Assembly: GCF_036321535.1 (NCBI RefSeq)
Contig: NC_087436.1
Coordinates: 43,898,001 to 43,962,000 of the forward strand
Reading direction: 5' to 3'
From: Camelus dromedarius
Taxonomy: Eukaryota
Length of the DNA: 64,000 nucleotides
The translations under genes and the position numbers were made by a program. The stretch's first letter is position 1. Each line of letters opens with the position of its first letter. Under the pieces are notes generated by a model. That model did not search any database, was not told the DNA's origin, and saw nothing but the letters and a program-made list of their open reading frames with translations. Below are positions 1-12,745 of the stretch, piece by piece.

Positions 1-430
1 GTCAGAGTAGGAAATCATGTCATCATAGGGCACCGGGTAGAGTATTCAGAAGGGTATTGCTTCAGTGGTGGGAAAGATAGTTCTTGGCTGACTTTGAAAG
101 TTTAGAAGCAAGGTTGATCAAACTACTTCCTAACCTGACTGAGTTCTAGAACAAAGTTCAAGAATATTTATATGCACACAAATTATCTGGCAACTTTTAA
201 GTATTTATAATGTCTGATACCCAGGCAAAAATTACCAAGCTTGAAAGAAGCCCATACTGAAAGGAAAAAGAAATCAACAGAAACTGAAACCCAAATGACA
301 ATTATTACAACTGTATTTCCTAAGTTCAAAAAGGTAGAGTAAAAATTAGGTGGAATTAGGGACACAGGAGATATGAAAAAATGATCCACATCAAACTTAT
401 AAAGATAAATTACAATGTCTGAGGTGAAAC
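1..430 (+). mobile_element. Old L1M 5'/ORF1-region fragment
   Basis: A-rich, degenerate L1-like text (aaaattaccaagc...aaatcaacagaaactgaaacccaaatgaca...tacaatgtctgaggtgaaa). Confidence 0.55.
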
Positions 431-434
431 CATA

Positions 435-627
435 GTATCTGGATTGCTTCCAAGCTCCTCCATTTGCTTGCCACAGCAAGTCACTTAACCACCCTGAGTC
501 TCAGTTACCTCATCTGTGAAATGTGCATAATATCTATTTTCAGTGCTGTTTTAGGGATTAGAGGAAATGTAGGTAGGTCAAAAGCTCAGCACAGAGCCTG
601 ACACATTGTGAGTGCTTAATAAATGAT
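435..627 (+). mobile_element. MIR SINE
   Basis: Core gcaagtcacttaacc..ctgagtctcagtt.cctcatctgtgaaatg and tail gcctgacaca..gtgagtgcttaataaatg. Confidence 0.85.
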
Positions 628-3600
628 GCGGAACAAACGAACTCAGTTCACGTGCTTCCATTCTCTACTGTGACAAAATAACAACAAGCAAAGACAGGAT
701 CCTAAAATAAATGTCAGTGGGATTTTCAATAGAGTAAAAAGGAAGTAATAGACCCTGCATATAACATCTCTAAGGCTTATCTCAGAAAATGGTTAAATCT
801 CTCATTTTTTAAAATTTCTTTCTTCTCTTCGCCAAGTCTAAGGAGTGATGTTACTGGAAACTGCAGGGGGAAAAAAGGAAAATGAGCAGGCTCTCTGGCA
901 GTTGGTGAAGGAAAGCTGGTTCTTGAAAGGGAGCCTTCTCAGCATGCACGTGTGAGTTGCTTTTGGCTGTTGCCAATGGAGGAATCCCTCCCGAGCACCT
1001 GTAAACGGATGCTGCAAACACCCCATTCTGCATCCCGCATGAACACGCCATATATTTGAGCAAAGAACATTGCCTCATCTATTTTTCCCCCTTCTACTCT
1101 TAATAGTTCGGAGCACAAAAGACTGAGAGAGGGTGATCTGCCAGACAAAGGCCCTTTGAGTTCCTTGGAAAAGTAGACTTGGAGGAGGATGGAAGGAATC
1201 CAAGTGGCCCTATTATTTCCACTTGCACTAATTAGACATTTTTCTATCAGCTATTGAGCACTGCTGAGAGGCCAAACTCACTGAATTCATTTCTAAAGTG
1301 TTTACAGAAGTTTGCATCTGTTTGTGTCTCTTCAGGAGGAAAATAAGCACTTCAATAGCATTGTGGAAAATCTAAACGAAGCACCCTATTCTGGAGGATC
1401 TGGCATCCCTGCAGCTGCATAATTTCACTCTGTTCAGGGCCCGAACCTCTCGCATCTCTCTCCAAAAACCAACGACGCAAAATGCAGAGAAGTCAACTCA
1501 GGAGGATCTTTTCTTTCTCGTCATTGTCTTTTCTCTCCCTCTTTTGAAACGGCGGCATGCTGTGCACGACATACAGATTTAGGTGGGTATCATTCTTGCA
1601 GTCCCTCTCTCGTGTCTCTACCAGCACTCTGAGAAATTAATACCCACTTTCATTTGCTGCCAAGTCAGGGGATAGTAAATTCCTCAGCAGCAAAGCAGAA
1701 TACATCACCATCCTGGGAATCTCCCCCAAATGTACGCCGGGGGAGCACTCTGACTTCAGAAGGAGAGGAATGAAAGGAGGCCCAAGTGTGTGGTAGGGAA
1801 GGACGCTAAAGAGAAAGTTTCCCTACGTGGTAAAATGTGCCTGGGTTATGCACAGTTAGCTTAACATGAAAGAGAGTCCCTTTCCCTCCCCCACTCCCCA
1901 AAAAAGAAAGAAAAAGAAAACAGCACAAAAACCCTAACCCACTGACTACATGGCAGTGCCTTTGAAATGCATATTGGTCTACATGGAATTTGATTCAGGA
2001 TTCTTTTTGTTTGGGTTTTTTCAGCCCATGACTGACCTGCCATCACAGAGGACTCAAAAATATAATCTTTTCAGATGGTGTCATAGTAACAGAATTTTAG
2101 TGATGGAACAAACACAGGATAACTCAAGATAAAAATTAAACAGGAATTCTATTCCTTTTATCTTTTCCTCAGAGGCTGACCTAAGAGGAAGCTTGTCCAA
2201 GTAGCCACCAAATTATGTTTTTCTAGTTGAACGATCCTGTTTAAGTAAAAATATATGGATGTAGATAAGGGAGTGTGTGTGCTGGATTTCTAAAGAGACA
2301 GGCACACAAATGTGCACACACATCAGTTGTTTTTTCACATCTGTTTTCAGGATGGGAAATACAGGGTTCTAATTGAGTTTATGGCAGAAAGGGAACTTCA
2401 TGGCTAGGAAGCTGAGTCAGGCGGTAAAGGAATTAAACTCCACAATGAGATTTCAATATGCAGATGATTGAAAAAAATGCTGAAGAGTCTTTTCTAAGGG
2501 CTTTTGCTGAACAGCATCAAGGAAAAGTGTGTGCTGTTTTCATGGTTCCTTGCATTAGCACTAGCCCCTCCCAATGCTGAGCTTCAAGTTTGGGTCCCAG
2601 CTCTGGGTTCAAAGCCGCGATGTGTTCACAGCAATGACAATGGCAGCTGTTCTCAAGGGGGGCTGGGTGAGGGGACTCAGAACCGAAGCCATCTGGCATT
2701 GCAATTGGCAGGAGCAGTGTAAAGGGAAATTATTGCTGCATAGCAAATTGGGAGACTGGAAAAAGGCAGGGGAGGGGGGGAATGTCCTGAGGTGAGGAAT
2801 TAGCAGAATAAACAAATGAAAAGTGATTGACGCCTGTATAGTTATGCATTAAAAATAAAAGCAGAGTAAGAGTCAACCCATCAAAATGGACTACTCAAGG
2901 TCAAGGGAAGACCAAGCAGGGCATGCTCCGTGTTTGTCCACCCACTGAAATGTGAGGAGGAGGAAGAGGGGAAAAATTAACTTTCTTAAGGTTTATGCTC
3001 AGAGCCTGTTCACATTTTCATCAATCTTTCCTTCATTTTACCAATGGACATGCAGAATCTAGCACTTGGGGTAAATAGTTATCATCTTTTTCTCGCTCTC
3101 AATACCTAATGATAACATTTTGGATCATCTGTCCCTGCTTTCTCACCCTCCCTCTCTCAAATCTACTGTGAATCAAGTTGGCTCTCTGTTGAAAGAAAAA
3201 GAAAGTAGGACCCAAATAGACACCACCTACCCAGGATTCTGGTGAACCTCATGGCTCCTGGGACCTGCGGACCTACATGCCTCACCTCTCTTCTAGACTC
3301 CAGGTTGCTATGGCCATCATGCCTCAAGTCATCATTCTTGGTGATTTCAGCATCCACACTGATGATTCACCCAGCACAACAGCCTCCTGGCCATGGGCTC
3401 CTTACCTCTAATGATCTTGTTCTATACTCAACCTCAGTCACATACTCCATGGTCAGTCATAACTTAGAACCTGCCATTTTGGTGGCATCACAGAATCTCA
3501 ATTCAAGCATTTGATTCTTTGAGCTTCATCTCCTATTCATGCAGCCCCCTTCCTGGATAGCCCACCTCCAGTAATTCTGCAACCCTTTGGAGACATCCAT

Positions 3601-3789
3601 ACTATCTGCTGATCCTACAACTTTTTTGCTATGTCATCAGTCCCTTATGTCCTTACTTGCCTCTTTAAATTACATGGTACATCAACTCAACAACTTTTAA
3701 AAAATGTCTTCTTGACTCCTTTGTTACTTTCTACTTCTATCCTATTTGTCTGGCATATTTAACCATGTTTATTGTAAAGGGGAAGTGGC

Positions 3790-3962
3790 CTCACATTAGA
3801 ATCACCTAGGGAGGCTTTTAAAAATCCAGATGCCCAGATGGCACCCCAGACATGTCAAATCAGAATCTCTGGAAGCGTACCCAAGCACTGATTTCTTTTG
3901 AGGATGCCCACGTAATACCAATGATCTCAGGCAATTCCAATGATTCCAGAGTCAAGAACCCC
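3790..3962. mobile_element. MER5A-like hAT-Charlie MITE
   Basis: cacattagaatcacctagggaggcttttaaaaatccagatgccc...aaatcagaatctctgg. Confidence 0.8.
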
Positions 3963-4134
3963 AGAACTTGCCTCTTTCTCCCCACTTGCTCCCTCCTCCC
4001 TGCTAGAGGTGGAATGAGTTATATCCAATGGGAGTGGCATATCTGGCTCAGGGCTTCCTCTTTCCTCTCTTCAAGTCTTCCTCCTTTTTTTTCCCTCTCT
4101 TGGTAATATTTATGTATTTATTTTTGTATATATA

Positions 4135-4222
4135 TATTTCTATTGAAGTATAGTCAGTTTATAATGTTTCAACTTCTGGTGTACAGACAGCATAATGCTT
4201 CAGTTATACATGAACATACATT
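4135..4222 (-). mobile_element. Short camelid-type L1 3' end
   Basis: tattgaagtatagtcagtttataatg...tctggtgtacag...cagttatacatgaacataca is the reverse complement of the L1 tail seen at 42990-43070. Confidence 0.75.
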
Positions 4223-4948
4223 AAAAAAAAAACTTCCTCCTTATTCTACAATAAGGGAAGGGGCCTGCCAGCAACAAGATGAGTCTGGAGTGAAGAATTT
4301 TCCAACCCACTTGTCTGAAAACCTGAAGTTACATTCTCCTATCTGTTTTAGAATAATAAAGGTCTATCTTTCAGCTGGTTCTGAACACAGGAGGGGAAGA
4401 TAAATATTATTTACTGTCACTTAACATTTTCAACTTATGTCTAAATTCTCTGCCTAACCTAGGCTTCTCTACCTAAGCAAGTGTATGTGGCTGGACAAAA
4501 ACACACAACCATAATACTTTAAATTTGTGACAATAACCTGAAGTCGGCCCTCAGCACGGCCTGACAATCCAGTTACATTTACATCTTTGCTCTTCTCTCC
4601 AGCTCCCACAGCCCCTTTAACCTCCTCACACTCATCTGATGGCCTGAATTCTTATTTCACTAAGAAAATAGTGAGAAGAGATCTTCCTTATTCTCTTATC
4701 CAGGTTTTCCAGCCCTCTTGTGTTGTAACCGACGTGTCCTGCCTGCTTTCCTACTGACATATTTAAGGCCAATTCCCCACTTATATACTCAATTCTATCC
4801 CGTCTTCTTTACTCTAGGACATTATGTCTATAAACACCTTCTTTCTCTTCTGTATCATTAATTTCCTCATCTCTACTGGATCATTCTCATCAGCATACAT
4901 ATTATAGTATCTTCCATCTTAAAAAGTCCTCCCTTAACCGTATATCTT

Positions 4949-5288
4949 TGTCTTAGTCCTTCCAGGCTGCCATAACAAAAACGTAATGAACCAGGTAGCT
5001 TATACACAATAGAAATTTACTTTTCACAGTTCTGGGGGCTGAGAAATCCAAGATCTAGTAACCGGCAGATCTGACGTCTGGTGAGGCCTGCTTCCTGGGT
5101 CACAGACGGCTTCTTTTCTAAGTGTCTCTCCGGGACGTCTTTTATAAGGGCACTAACCCCACTCATGAGGACTCTGTCCTCAAGGCCTAATCATCTTCCC
5201 AAAGCCTTGCCTCTGAAATCATCACTTTGAAGGGCAGGATTTCAACCTATCAATTTGGTGGGGTGACTCAAATACTTAGTCCACAGCA
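4949..5288 (-). mobile_element. MaLR solo LTR (MLT1A-like)
   Basis: tgtcttagtcc...gctgccataacaaa...cacagttctgggggctgagaaatccaagatc...tttataagggcactaacccc...ccacagca, with TG...CA termini. Confidence 0.85.
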
Positions 5289-7310
5289 TTCTCCCCCCAG
5301 CACCTGTCCTTTTTATACAGCCAATCTCGAAAGAGTTGTCTAAACTCCCTGTCTTTGCTTCCTCACCTCCCATTCTCTCTCCAGTCTGTAGCTCTCATCC
5401 CTAAATGTCCACTGAACCCGTTATTTTCAAGGTTGCCAACAACCTCCAAATCCAATGACCATTTATTAATCTTCATCTTATTCAAACTCCTAGACGCATT
5501 TGGCTGTGACAAACAATCCCACACTTTTTCATTCATGTGACTTCTGGCACGTCACAGTCTCCTGGTTTTCTTTCTACTTCATTGCCTACTCTTCCTCACT
5601 CCACTTTGCAGGAGCGTCCTTTTCCAGCCTCTGAATGTTGAAGGCCCTAAGACTCAGTCCCAAGGCTGCTTCTCTGCTTCTCTTCTCTAGCTACACTTAC
5701 TTTGTTCCATGGCCCCAAATATCACTTCTTTTGATGAATTCCAAATTTAAATACCACCCTGAGTCTCTTTCCTGCAATACTGCCTGGTATATGAAATTGC
5801 CTGGATAATAAACAGCCCTGTCTGGATGTCAGTTAGGTATCTCACACTAAACACGTGTAAGACAGAACTTTTTATTTGCTCTCCTAATACTTTCTCCTCC
5901 ATCTCAGTGAAGATATTCTGTCCATTAACTTGCGTAGGACAAAACTTTAGAATTTTGACTCCAAGTTTGTGACTCTTTTCTTTCTCTCATACTCTACATC
6001 CAATCCATCAGCAAATGCTGTTGGCTCTTTTAAAATATACACAAGATCTGACCACTTTTCATCCCTCTAGAGCAACCACTTTAGTCAATCCATTATTGGA
6101 AACTTGCTTGGATACTAGCAACAGCTTCTGAACTAGAATCCCTCCCTTTGCCATCCAAGTCCTCTCTCTGTTTCCTCCACATTCCTCACACAGCAACCAG
6201 AGTAATCCCTTTAAAATATAAATTAAATAAAAATGTAGATACTCTGCTCTCAACTTCAAGTCAAGCACGTGCCTTTGCCTTTGCAATTACTGTTCCCTCT
6301 GTCTGTAAAGCTGTTCCCTCAGCTATCTGCAAGGCTCCCCCATTCAGATCTGGGCTCCAGTTATCCTTTCAAAGACTTTTCTGACCATTTCTCTAAAATA
6401 ATAGTATCTATAAACACTTGTTGTATCCTTTCCTTGAATCTATTTTATTTGCCTTCATAGCACTTACCCTTCAGTTTTACATTATATATATGTATGTATG
6501 TGTGTGCATATTTATTTATTTATTTTATGTTTATCTGTGTATTTTATTTCCTGTCTTCCCAGAAAAATGTAAGCTTTTCATTTACATTGGCTGTTAATGC
6601 CCAGGCACTTTGTCTTGTTTACTGCTGCTGCCTCAGTGCCTTGAAAAGTGGCTCAATAAATAGTTGTTGAATAAATGAATTAGTTTATGGCCCTCTAGCT
6701 GTTTCCCTGGTTCACTTATTTTCACATATGCATGCATAGCTGCCTTTATACTACTTCAGATTTTAGATCATGATTTATTTGTTATGTGAGGCATAAGTGA
6801 AAATATTGATAGAGCAAAGTTTTTTTCAGGGAGTAAAACAGCAAATAACTAAACAAGATAAAAGCAGACAAAAGGAATATGGAAGTGATTTGATTTTCTG
6901 AGCTAGCTGGCTTTAAACATATAGACTTTGATCAGGGCATAAAGTCCATATTTGTATGAGAACATTTATTATTTAGTGATGCTAATGTCATGATTATGTG
7001 CAGTGATAAAGAAATGCTAGAGAAGCTTGGGAAATTGGGGTTCATTTTCTTTCTTAATTATGAAAATGCCTGTAAAACCATATTTTCTTAAAGGATCTTT
7101 CCACTGGAAATAACCATAAAGTGAAAATCAAAATCAAAAGTCTGTGTTAGGTGATGTAACACTTTGGACAGAACTAACTGATTTGGGGCCCATGATCTTA
7201 ATCTCAAAAATGAAAGGGAACTCATCATTGCAATACACTCCATCAATAGGGGAAAGCACCTGAAGCTTTATAATGTAGCAAATGATTCCTGCCAATTGAT
7301 TTAGTGGGAA

Positions 7311-7430
7311 TTCATTCATTTATTCAATAAAATATTTACTGAGCATCTCCTGGATGCATCTGATAGAACACTGGAAAGGCAATAATGAAAAAGACAGACA
7401 TAATATTATCTAACCTATAAGCACTTTGAA
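7311..7430 (-). mobile_element. L2 3' end
   Basis: ttcattcatttattcaataaaatatttactgagcatctcct. Confidence 0.7.
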
Positions 7431-7877
7431 GATGAAAATTTCCACCTAAATGAGATTTTCAAAAATTTTTAAGAAACCCTTTGATTTTTTTCAAAGAGAA
7501 AAAGCCATATAAATATTAGAGTATAAAACTTGTGTGAGATACAGGAAGGGGGTGGGGAGCTACATGACTGTGAAAAGAAGTGCTTGCAGGAGTCAGTATG
7601 CGGGAGGGGGTCGCTGCAGCCACAGCACAAAACACCTAAATGGATTGAGTGGCTTATAGAAAACAAAGAACAGATGAATAGCAGAGTTGGAGATTCAAAC
7701 TTAATATTTAGACTACAAGTTAGGATTCTAATCTGAGTCAGCACATTAACTGCAAGCCCAAAAAGATGAGTCCCTAGAGGAAGAGTTATCTGTTGAAGAA
7801 GAGGATGCATTTCTCCCATATTCCAACCACGTGGGCTTCTGGGGAGATGCCCCTCCCAGGTACTGTTATTACTACTA

Positions 7878-8010
7878 CTACAGAGGTAGGAAAATGGAAG
7901 CCAACAGTTTAGGGAAGTTGCCCAAGGTGACTAACAAGGGGCAGCGTTTGGATTCAAACCCAGGCAGTCTAGTTCCCAGGTCAACTTCCTTAACCTCTAC
8001 CTATGCACCT
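7878..8010 (-). mobile_element. MIR SINE
   Basis: ttgcccaaggtgac...ggattcaaacccaggcagtct. Confidence 0.8.
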
Positions 8011-8036
8011 TAGTTTTATCAAGATTGACATTGTCT

Positions 8037-8505
8037 GGAATATTAATTACTCAGCCAGAAAAAAAGAATGAAATAATGCATCTGCAGCAACATGGATGAA
8101 CCTAGAGATTACCATACTAAGTGAAGTAAGTCAGACAGAGAAAGACAAATACTGTATGATATCACTTACATGTGGAATCTAAAAAATAATGCAAATGAAT
8201 CAAAAATATACAAAACAGAAGCAGACTCACAGACATAGAAAGCAAACTTATGGTTACCAAAGGGGAAAGGGTGGGGGACAGGTAAATTGGGAATATGGGA
8301 TTAATAGTTACAAACTGCTATACATAAAATAGATAAGCAATGAGGATTTACTGTATAGCACATGGAACTATATTCAGTATCTTGTAATAAGCTATAATGG
8401 AAAATAACCTGAAAATACATATATATAACTGAATCCTTTGCTGTATACCTGAAACTAATATAATATTGTAAATCAATTATATTTCAATAAAATTTTTTTT
8501 AAAAA
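8037..8505 (+). mobile_element. L1 3' end (artiodactyl/camelid type)
   Basis: gcagcaacatggatgaacctagagatt..actaagtgaagtaagtcagacagagaaagacaaata...tatttcaataaaa. Confidence 0.9.
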
Positions 8506-8989
8506 GTCATATCATTATTACCAAAAACATATTAGAATAGTGGCAGATATATAGCATGAAGAGAATTGTTTGGACCCAATTGTCCCTAGGGTTTTTCACT
8601 TGTTCTTAAAGTAATAATTATCACCAAAAGGATGGAGAGCTTAATTGCACCTATTGCAATTTTAAGAGCTATGCTTACTTAGAGAAACAAATGTACTGAT
8701 TTGTCACTTTTATTATCTAAGAGAATCACATTTACATAAGCAAAGCAAAAATAAATGTTTAATCAGTAAGGGTAACCATTTTTAATAAAACTTCATAAAA
8801 ACATCTCAGACCACTAGATTAGGAAGTGTCAGCTGAAGGAATGGCTGGTTATTCACATTACAAAGTAGTCTTCATGATTCACTGTGAGACTCTCAAATAA
8901 TGAGCTTCCATAATTTATCTAAAATATTATTCAATTGCAAGCATGTTATCAATGACTAATAAGATACTTTAAAAGGGGAGTAAAATAGT

Positions 8990-9255
8990 AGTACTTCAAC
9001 CAGATTGTACATTAGACTCAATAGTGATGTTTTACTAATATGGGTCTTGGATCTCAATAGAGATCTACTAAATCAGGCTCTGAATAGCAGAACTTGGGAA
9101 TATTTATTTTTTAGAAGCCACACTTTTCCTCATTCTCTCTCCCCAGTCCCCCACCCCCCAAAATTAGCTCTACCTATGCGTACACACACACACCCACACA
9201 CCCCAGTAATCCTGATTCAGTCAGCCCCTTGATTTGCATCTGGAAACTCTGGTAA
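8990..9255. mobile_element. Degraded MER5-like hAT element
   Basis: tacattagactca...ctactaaatcaggctctg...ccccagtaatcctgattc. Confidence 0.45.
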
Positions 9256-9764
9256 AAGTCACTGAAGTTACAACCAAGTCTAAGCTATGTGCATTTTAAG
9301 CATATTAGGCAAAGATACGGCCTTATACAAGGAGTGAAGAGAAGCTGCCTTAGTCTTGTGTTCAAAGTAATAAAATGGGAGAGCTACTGAGAGACAATGT
9401 TAGGAGTCTGACCCCTAAACCCTTTTAATGTTCTACTTGAAAGTGACTCCAGAGGCCCAGAAATTTCAATTTTAGATGCAATGCCAACGGGAATAATTCA
9501 TGCCTAGCATGATGGGAGGGTTTCAATAACCATGAAAGAAACATATTTTGCTTCTACTCTTTACCTGATGAATAAATATAAAAAATTTCAGAATTGAGTT
9601 GGTAATACTTTCAAAATGTGACAGATTATACATGTGTATGGAAAAGAAGCCAATTTGTTTGTGCATATTCTTAGGAGAAAGTGAGTCAAATCAGTTCCTA
9701 GAGGGGGATATTGTGGAAAAAATTTTTTTAAAATGGGGCTTGAATTGCACTGAGGCACGATTTG

Positions 9765-9902
9765 ATTTTGGGTAAGATACTTAACTTTTTAATTTCAACT
9801 TTCTTATATATAAAATAAGGATAATAATACCACAGAGATTAGAGAAAATTAAAGACAAATACATGTAAAGTAACTAGCACTTAGTAGATGTTCAATAAAT
9901 GA
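9765..9902 (+). mobile_element. MIR fragment
   Basis: gggtaagatacttaac...taaaataaggataataatacc...catgtaaagtaactagcac...ttcaataaatg. Confidence 0.65.
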
Positions 9903-10199
9903 AAACATTATTTTGAGATCGAGTTGAGGGTAGATCTGTGGAATCAATCCCTGAGATCTCAGATTTTAAACAAAGTTCAAAGAGTTCACACCAAGGTTTA
10001 CCAGTGAGCAAGAAATTAAGCTTTACTAACATTTAAAAAAGTGGGTAGATCCCAGCCCCTTACTTTGCTTACATATATGTCAGATGGTTACTCACGAGGA
10101 ATTCTTCATCTTGGAGAGGCTGATGATGAGAACTCACCCACTGAACTGTTTTTAGCTTATTGTATTGTAGTTTATTTATAACTGGTAAAGTAGATTTAC

Positions 10200-11172
10200 A
10201 GATTATGTTAACATAAATCATAGATACTTTAGAGTAATCTACAATGAGAGGGAGAAAGACTAGAAAAATCTCAAGGCAAAGATTTTAAAGAATGGTCAAA
10301 TGTGAAGAGTTTGGACATTTTTCTTTTATAAACAGACAAACGCTAGCTTTGTGCTTTGGAAGCACTGTAGTCAACAATGTTCGTCTGAGGTACCGTTATT
10401 ACTAATTGAAACAGACAAGTTCTCCAAATTTACCAGCCTTTTCTGTGATAAGTGGCTAACAACAGTATGTTATGTAATAGGTATTCTGAAAGCAGTTTCC
10501 AGATAATGAGGCTGAGGGTGTTTTCATCATTGTGATTTTCATACTAAAAATGAAGTATCACATACGGAAAAAACCTCACACAAATGGGAAATTTTCAACC
10601 TGTTTAAAAATCTTCCAAATGAAGAGTTTGAATGGGTTTTGACATCCTTTGTTAAAACATAATGTCTTCTGATTACCTTGCAGAAAAACACAATTGACAC
10701 TAAGGAAAGTGGAAATTTGCAAGCTGAATTTCAACAAACAATTTTTCATAATTGGTGGATGGACTGAGATATGAGTAGCATGAATTAGGAATCACAGTCT
10801 ACCTCTTTTATTTGGATCTGCATGCCTTTGAGACATAATGTTTTTCAACTGTTACAATCATTGGAACTAAGTACTGAAATAAACTATGCTAGCCATATCT
10901 TCAAGGCACAGTGCTAAGCCAAGATTTTAAAAAATAATTAAATGTATTCAATCACAATTTTAACAGGAACAAAAAGTTCTTGTGCCAATAATGCAGTTTA
11001 AGAATTATTTTTAAATATTCATTTTTTTTGTTTTGTTCTTCTTAAATTTTTATCCCATAGAAATATATAACATAGTAATGCATAGCACATGTAAATAAAT
11101 AAATAAATGTGGATCAGGGTGCCTACTCCAAAGTTTTTACTGATGAGCAATAAAAAAAATTAAAGACAACTG
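10200..11172 (+). mobile_element. hAT-Charlie DNA transposon 3' part with degraded transposase C-terminus
   Basis: 10750-10950 resembles the hAT dimerisation region (WW...LLPFGSTYLCE..FS....IKTKYRNKL-like, now broken). The end ttttactgat...aaaaaaattaaagacaactg resembles a Charlie terminus. Confidence 0.6.
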
Positions 11173-11376
11173 ATTCAGAAAAAAATTGATCAATGGGATA
11201 ATAAAAATCTTTCTTTTGTGTCGCACAAATACACCCAAAAAAGAAAGAACTAATTCCAAATATCTATGAATTTGTTGAGATTAAAAGTTTTTGGATTCTG
11301 CCCCCTGAGGCAAGTTGGTTTAATAAACAGGGCAGGTGATTCTACATCATGAAAGGATGGTGGCAGGTAGAGGGAG

Positions 11377-11610
11377 GTGGCACAGAGTGGAGGTCTGGGG
11401 TCTTATCCCAGCTTAGCCGCACTTTGTAGTATGGTTTGGGAGCATCTCTCAAGCTCTCTGAGCCAATCACTTCATCTGCAAAACGAGCATAATCCATTCT
11501 ATCTTGCAGGGTTGTCATCAAGATTATATGTTGTGCTAACATTGTAAATCAACTATACTTCAATAAAAAATAAGAATTTTTTTAAAAAAGATTATACGCT
11601 GTGAAGGACA
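11377..11610 (+). mobile_element. MIR SINE interrupted by a tiny L1 tail
   Basis: ctctctgagcc...ttcatctgcaaaacgagcataat...cttgcagggttgtc. Confidence 0.7.
11536..11587 (+). mobile_element. Extremely 5'-truncated L1 (about 50 bp) with 16-bp TSD
   Basis: ctaacattgtaaatcaactatacttcaataaaaaa flanked by aagattatatgttgtg (11520-11535) and aagattatacgctgtg (11588-11603). Confidence 0.85.
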
Positions 11611-12569
11611 TATCCTACTGACTCACATGAAATGCCAGTATTTGGTGTTGTTTGACATACAAACACAACACTGTGGTTCAACTGTTTATATTCACAGCGT
11701 CAGATACGTGGAGATAGATATTTAGAGAGAATACTGTTCAAGCTCCTTATTTACTTAACATACAAGGTGTGAGAGGTGCTGTTACTCTTACTTCCTGACA
11801 GAACTGAATAAACACATCCCCAGGACTGATCTTTTCTGAAAGTCATCTCTGTCTCCTGTCTGCCCAACACCTCAACCTGTTCACTTTCTGCATTTCGAGC
11901 TGATTTGCTCTGCCCACTTGTCTTAGTTGGATCAGTTCCTCCAAGACTTGGCTCAGCTTCTAGGTCTCATTATGGGAGACATGAAATCCATGCCATAGGG
12001 TTAGTCCTCATCAAAGGGATAACTCGCATGCCTGATTCTGTGGCAACCAAAGTTTCACTGGTAGAATTTTAATGACAAGTCACCATTTTAATTTATCTTC
12101 CATTGAAACTGGAAAGTACTGTATTGAAAGGGGTAGCTTTTTGGCACAGTTTTAGAGCAGGGTTTAAATCCTTGGTGATTTTAATCATACTCTCTTAAAG
12201 TCTGAACACACATAGGCCTTGGGGCTAATATTTATCCTCCGAAGGCTCCATTCTCTTGGTGCCTAATTTTCACTTATTAAATGAAATTTATTTTTGGTGG
12301 ATCTGAACCTTTTGTCTGGTTTATTTTCAAAATAAGAACTATAACGTTTAGTAGAGGAAACTAAAGTTTTAAATATTGATGATTGGAAATTACAACATTT
12401 CTGTCTTAATTGCGCTCTGAGTAAAAAAGTCAAATCACATTAACAGAGAGGGCAGAGGGCAGTTACAGGGCAGCAGAGAGGATAGGAATGCACCAGGCAA
12501 AGGCTGCCCCAGTCCTCCAACAGCCCGGTGTGAAGGACGGACATGTGTAGACAGGGAGGACATGCCAGG

Positions 12570-12745
12570 CTCAGGTTAGGATACCTGGGTGCTGTGGTCC
12601 TGCCGCTCCCACAGACTGGCTGTGTGATGCACAGCAAGACACTTCTTACTTTCCCTGCGTTTCAGTTTCCCCATCTGTCAAATGATGGGCTTGACATAGA
12701 TGATCTCTAAATTTCCCTCCAGCTTTGGTATTCTATCATTTGATA
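12570..12745 (+). mobile_element. MIR3 SINE
   Basis: ggctgtgtga...tcagtttccccatctgtcaaatg...tagatgatctctaaatttccctccagct. Confidence 0.8.

Larger units (their letters stand above)
3300..6680 (+). mobile_element. Long L2 (L2a-like) LINE fossil interrupted by younger insertions
   Basis: Endonuclease-like text near 3330 (attcttggtgatttcagcatccac, ILGDF-like), RT-like text at 5400-5520, and the L2 3' tail ctcaataaatagttgttgaataaatgaat at about 6650-6680. Confidence 0.8.
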
